Assembly: GCF_009914755.1 (NCBI RefSeq)
Contig: NC_060927.1
Origin: the human T2T-CHM13v2.0 reference genome, Homo sapiens
Strand: one strand, 5' to 3'
DNA length: 64,000 nt
The notes under the pieces were generated by a model. That model did not search any database. It was not told the DNA's origin and saw only the letters and a program-made list of their open reading frames with translations. Position numbers and translations under genes: made by a program. This document shows, piece after piece, positions 61,205 through 64,000 of the stretch (the first letter of the stretch is position 1; each line of letters starts with the position of its first letter).

Positions 61205-62505
61205 CTTATTCAACAGATATTTTTAGGCATGTAGTATTAGCTGGGCAAAGATTCAGTGCCTGGATATAGTGAAGAATGAAACTGCCCAGGTCCTCAAGGG
61301 CCTTATAAGAATAATAAGTGCTTGTAGATTATAGGACTACAGACAATATTCAAATAACCATAATTGTACATTAGATGGCAATAATGCTGCAGGAAGACAT
61401 AAGCCAAAGAGAATAAAGGGGCAGAAGGAATAGTCTCTAATGTAAAGTGGCATTTTAGAGGGGACCCAAATGAAGAGAGAAAGCAAGCCAGGAAGTATGT
61501 GAAGAAAGAGCAAAAAAGCCAAGGGGATCATAATTTCAAACGTATTTGAATGTCATGGAAAAGCAGGAGGCCAGAAAGGATAAATCAAAGTGGGCAAAGT
61601 ACAGGAAGTAAGAAGGTTAGAGAGGTAGCCAAGGCCAGATCTTATAGGAGGATGTTGTAGTCCATGGTGAGAAGTTAAGATTTTTTGAGTGAAGCCACCA
61701 CAAGGTTTTGGACAGAATATTGACAAGATCTCATCACATAATGATCTATATGAATGGACTGCATAATAATCAGGGTGAAGCAAGTAAACCAATTAGGAGG
61801 CATTGCAATGGTCCAGGCAGGAAATAGTGTGGCTTTGATTAAGGTGTTAACAGTGGAGGTGGTTAAAGGAAGTCAGATTTTGTACATATTTTAATGGAAG
61901 ACCAATATTTTATTGTATCTTAGAATTGGAGGTGAAGACTAAGGATGTGAGAGAGATTGGGAAATCAAAGATATCTCCAAATATTTGTCCTGAGAAAGTA
62001 GAAACCAGAGTTTACTGTTTATTGAAAGAGGAAGTAGTGATCGAGCAGATTTAAGCAGGCATGGGGTGGATAGAGAAAACCGTGCCTCCAGCTAGCTCTC
62101 AGGTTTTTTCTCACCCTCTTGACTTAACTTTGTTTCAACAAAATAGGCTTTCTTGCTGTCACTTGAAAGTAATATGCATTTTACCTCTTTAGAGCCTTTA
62201 TATTTGTTCAATCTGGAGAACATTACTCTCAGAATGCCTGTAACACATCCATGTGTAGATGTTGAATGGGCATTTGAATATACGAGACAGGGGTTCCAGG
62301 AGAGGTCTGGACAGCAGGTACACATTCAGGAGAAAATAGATCATGATAACGAGACCACAGAAACACAACCAGTTACATAAGAGAGGGGAATAAAGGAAGA
62401 GCAGTGACCAGGAAACTAACAAAGGGTTTCAAAAGGAAAGGGCTGATAGTGTCAAATTCTAATAGGTTCAGATAAAGACTGAGAATTTACCATGACTTTG
62501 GCAGA
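61205..62505 (-). mobile_element. L2
   Basis: attcaacagatattt start; ccaattaggaggcattgcaatggtccaggcag; gtcagattttgtacatatttt; ataaagactgagaatttacc. Confidence 0.75.
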
Positions 62506-62784
62506 CATTTCTTTCACCTGATATAATTTGCCCCTAACAACTCTGCCATTTCCTGAGATTCAGCCAAAACGTCACTGTCTCCTTGACATATTTTCTATAT
62601 CTATAATTTTTGTTTTACTCCTCTGCCTCCAAAAAAGGGATAATTGTTCTAAATCACTAGCTTGTTTTTTATGTTCTCCCTTTAAAAAATAATCATATTG
62701 CTCCTACATCATAGCAAACACCTAGTATATTTTAAGTATTTATTATATAAAATTTTAGACAAAAGGAAAAGTGAAGGAGGAACA

Positions 62785-62808
62785 TAGGGAAGGAGGAAGG
62801 AAGGAATG

Positions 62809-62845
<37 letters not shown>

Positions 62846-62866
62846 AGGAAGGAAGGAAGGAAGGAA
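62785..62866. repeat. compound (GGAA)n-(GGCA)n-(GGAA)n microsatellite
   Basis: Directly visible. Confidence 0.92.
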
Positions 62867-63085
62867 AGTTTCTAGCCTGAAATGTTTTTCTAAGTTCCAT
62901 TACTTTTTTTTCTAGGATATTGCTGGGTGACTAATACATAAAATTAATTTTGAGTAAGCCATTAATGCCCAATAATGGTTCACTGTGTTCTATTTTTCTT
63001 CCCAAGTTTATGTGGCTTTTAGCAGGAGAATTTCTGAAAATAAGGATTTTTTTGAACATAAAAAACTAAATCTATGATCGTGTAG

Positions 63086-63361
<276 letters not shown>

Positions 63362-64000
63362 TAATTTCTAAGCCATACTCTGATAGTTGTTTACCTCAAC
63401 TAAATTACAGCTGAAAAATATTACGGAACAAGAGTGAGAAGATGATTATTACAACACTAAACTTGAGGATTAAACAAAACAAAGTTTAGTACTTTATAAA
63501 ATCTTTATAAAGACTTAAATAAATAAAAGTTTCCTGACTTTTGAAACCCATTTCAAAGAGGCCCATCCTGGCATAAATTAAATCTAGGAAAGACTTTAAA
63601 AAATAAATTTAGATGTTATTTGTCATCACTTGAGGAGCTTCATTTCTTTTCTGAATGAGTAGAAACTGAACTCAAAATGATGCTTTTTACACCACCAAGT
63701 TATTGTCGGAAAGCCTCATACCACCACACAACTTCTAACTTGGAAAAAATAATTCAAATATTTTCATACATGCAATGAAAGTAATTATTAGCATGGCCCT
63801 AGAAAGGGTTAGCTTTGCCAAAACTAAGTGGTAAATTGATCCACATTTAATTTGGTTTCCTATATTATATGCTTCTGTTCAGATTGTCTAAAGCCTAGAT
63901 AAAACACAGTGATGCCTGCTGTCCATCAAATGTTAACCAGTGGAATTTGTGCTATGGCGTTTATTATTCTAGGAATAGAAACAATCCAAGAAGGATAAAG

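Overview
AT-rich, repeat-dense primate genomic DNA, most likely human or great ape given an L1PA2-type and an AluY-type element. It looks intergenic or deep intronic. I see no intact protein-coding gene, RNA gene or CRISPR-like array, and nothing I can support as a new biological system. The only gene-derived sequence is a frameshifted processed pseudogene of RPL23A (minus strand, ~39535-40444) that carries a long 3' UTR. The rest is L1, Alu, L2, MIR, LTR and DNA-transposon relics. The most interesting signals are structural: (1) an ~83-bp L1 patch inside a MER52-like LTR that appears copied from a neighbouring L1 and has a fold-back junction; (2) an ~11.4-kb nested cluster splitting one MLT1 LTR; (3) a 35-bp orphan poly(A) insertion with target-site duplications (TSDs); (4) old L1M elements with twin-priming-like inversions. 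Subfamily names come from recalled consensus sequences, not a database search, and boundaries of old repeats are approximate.
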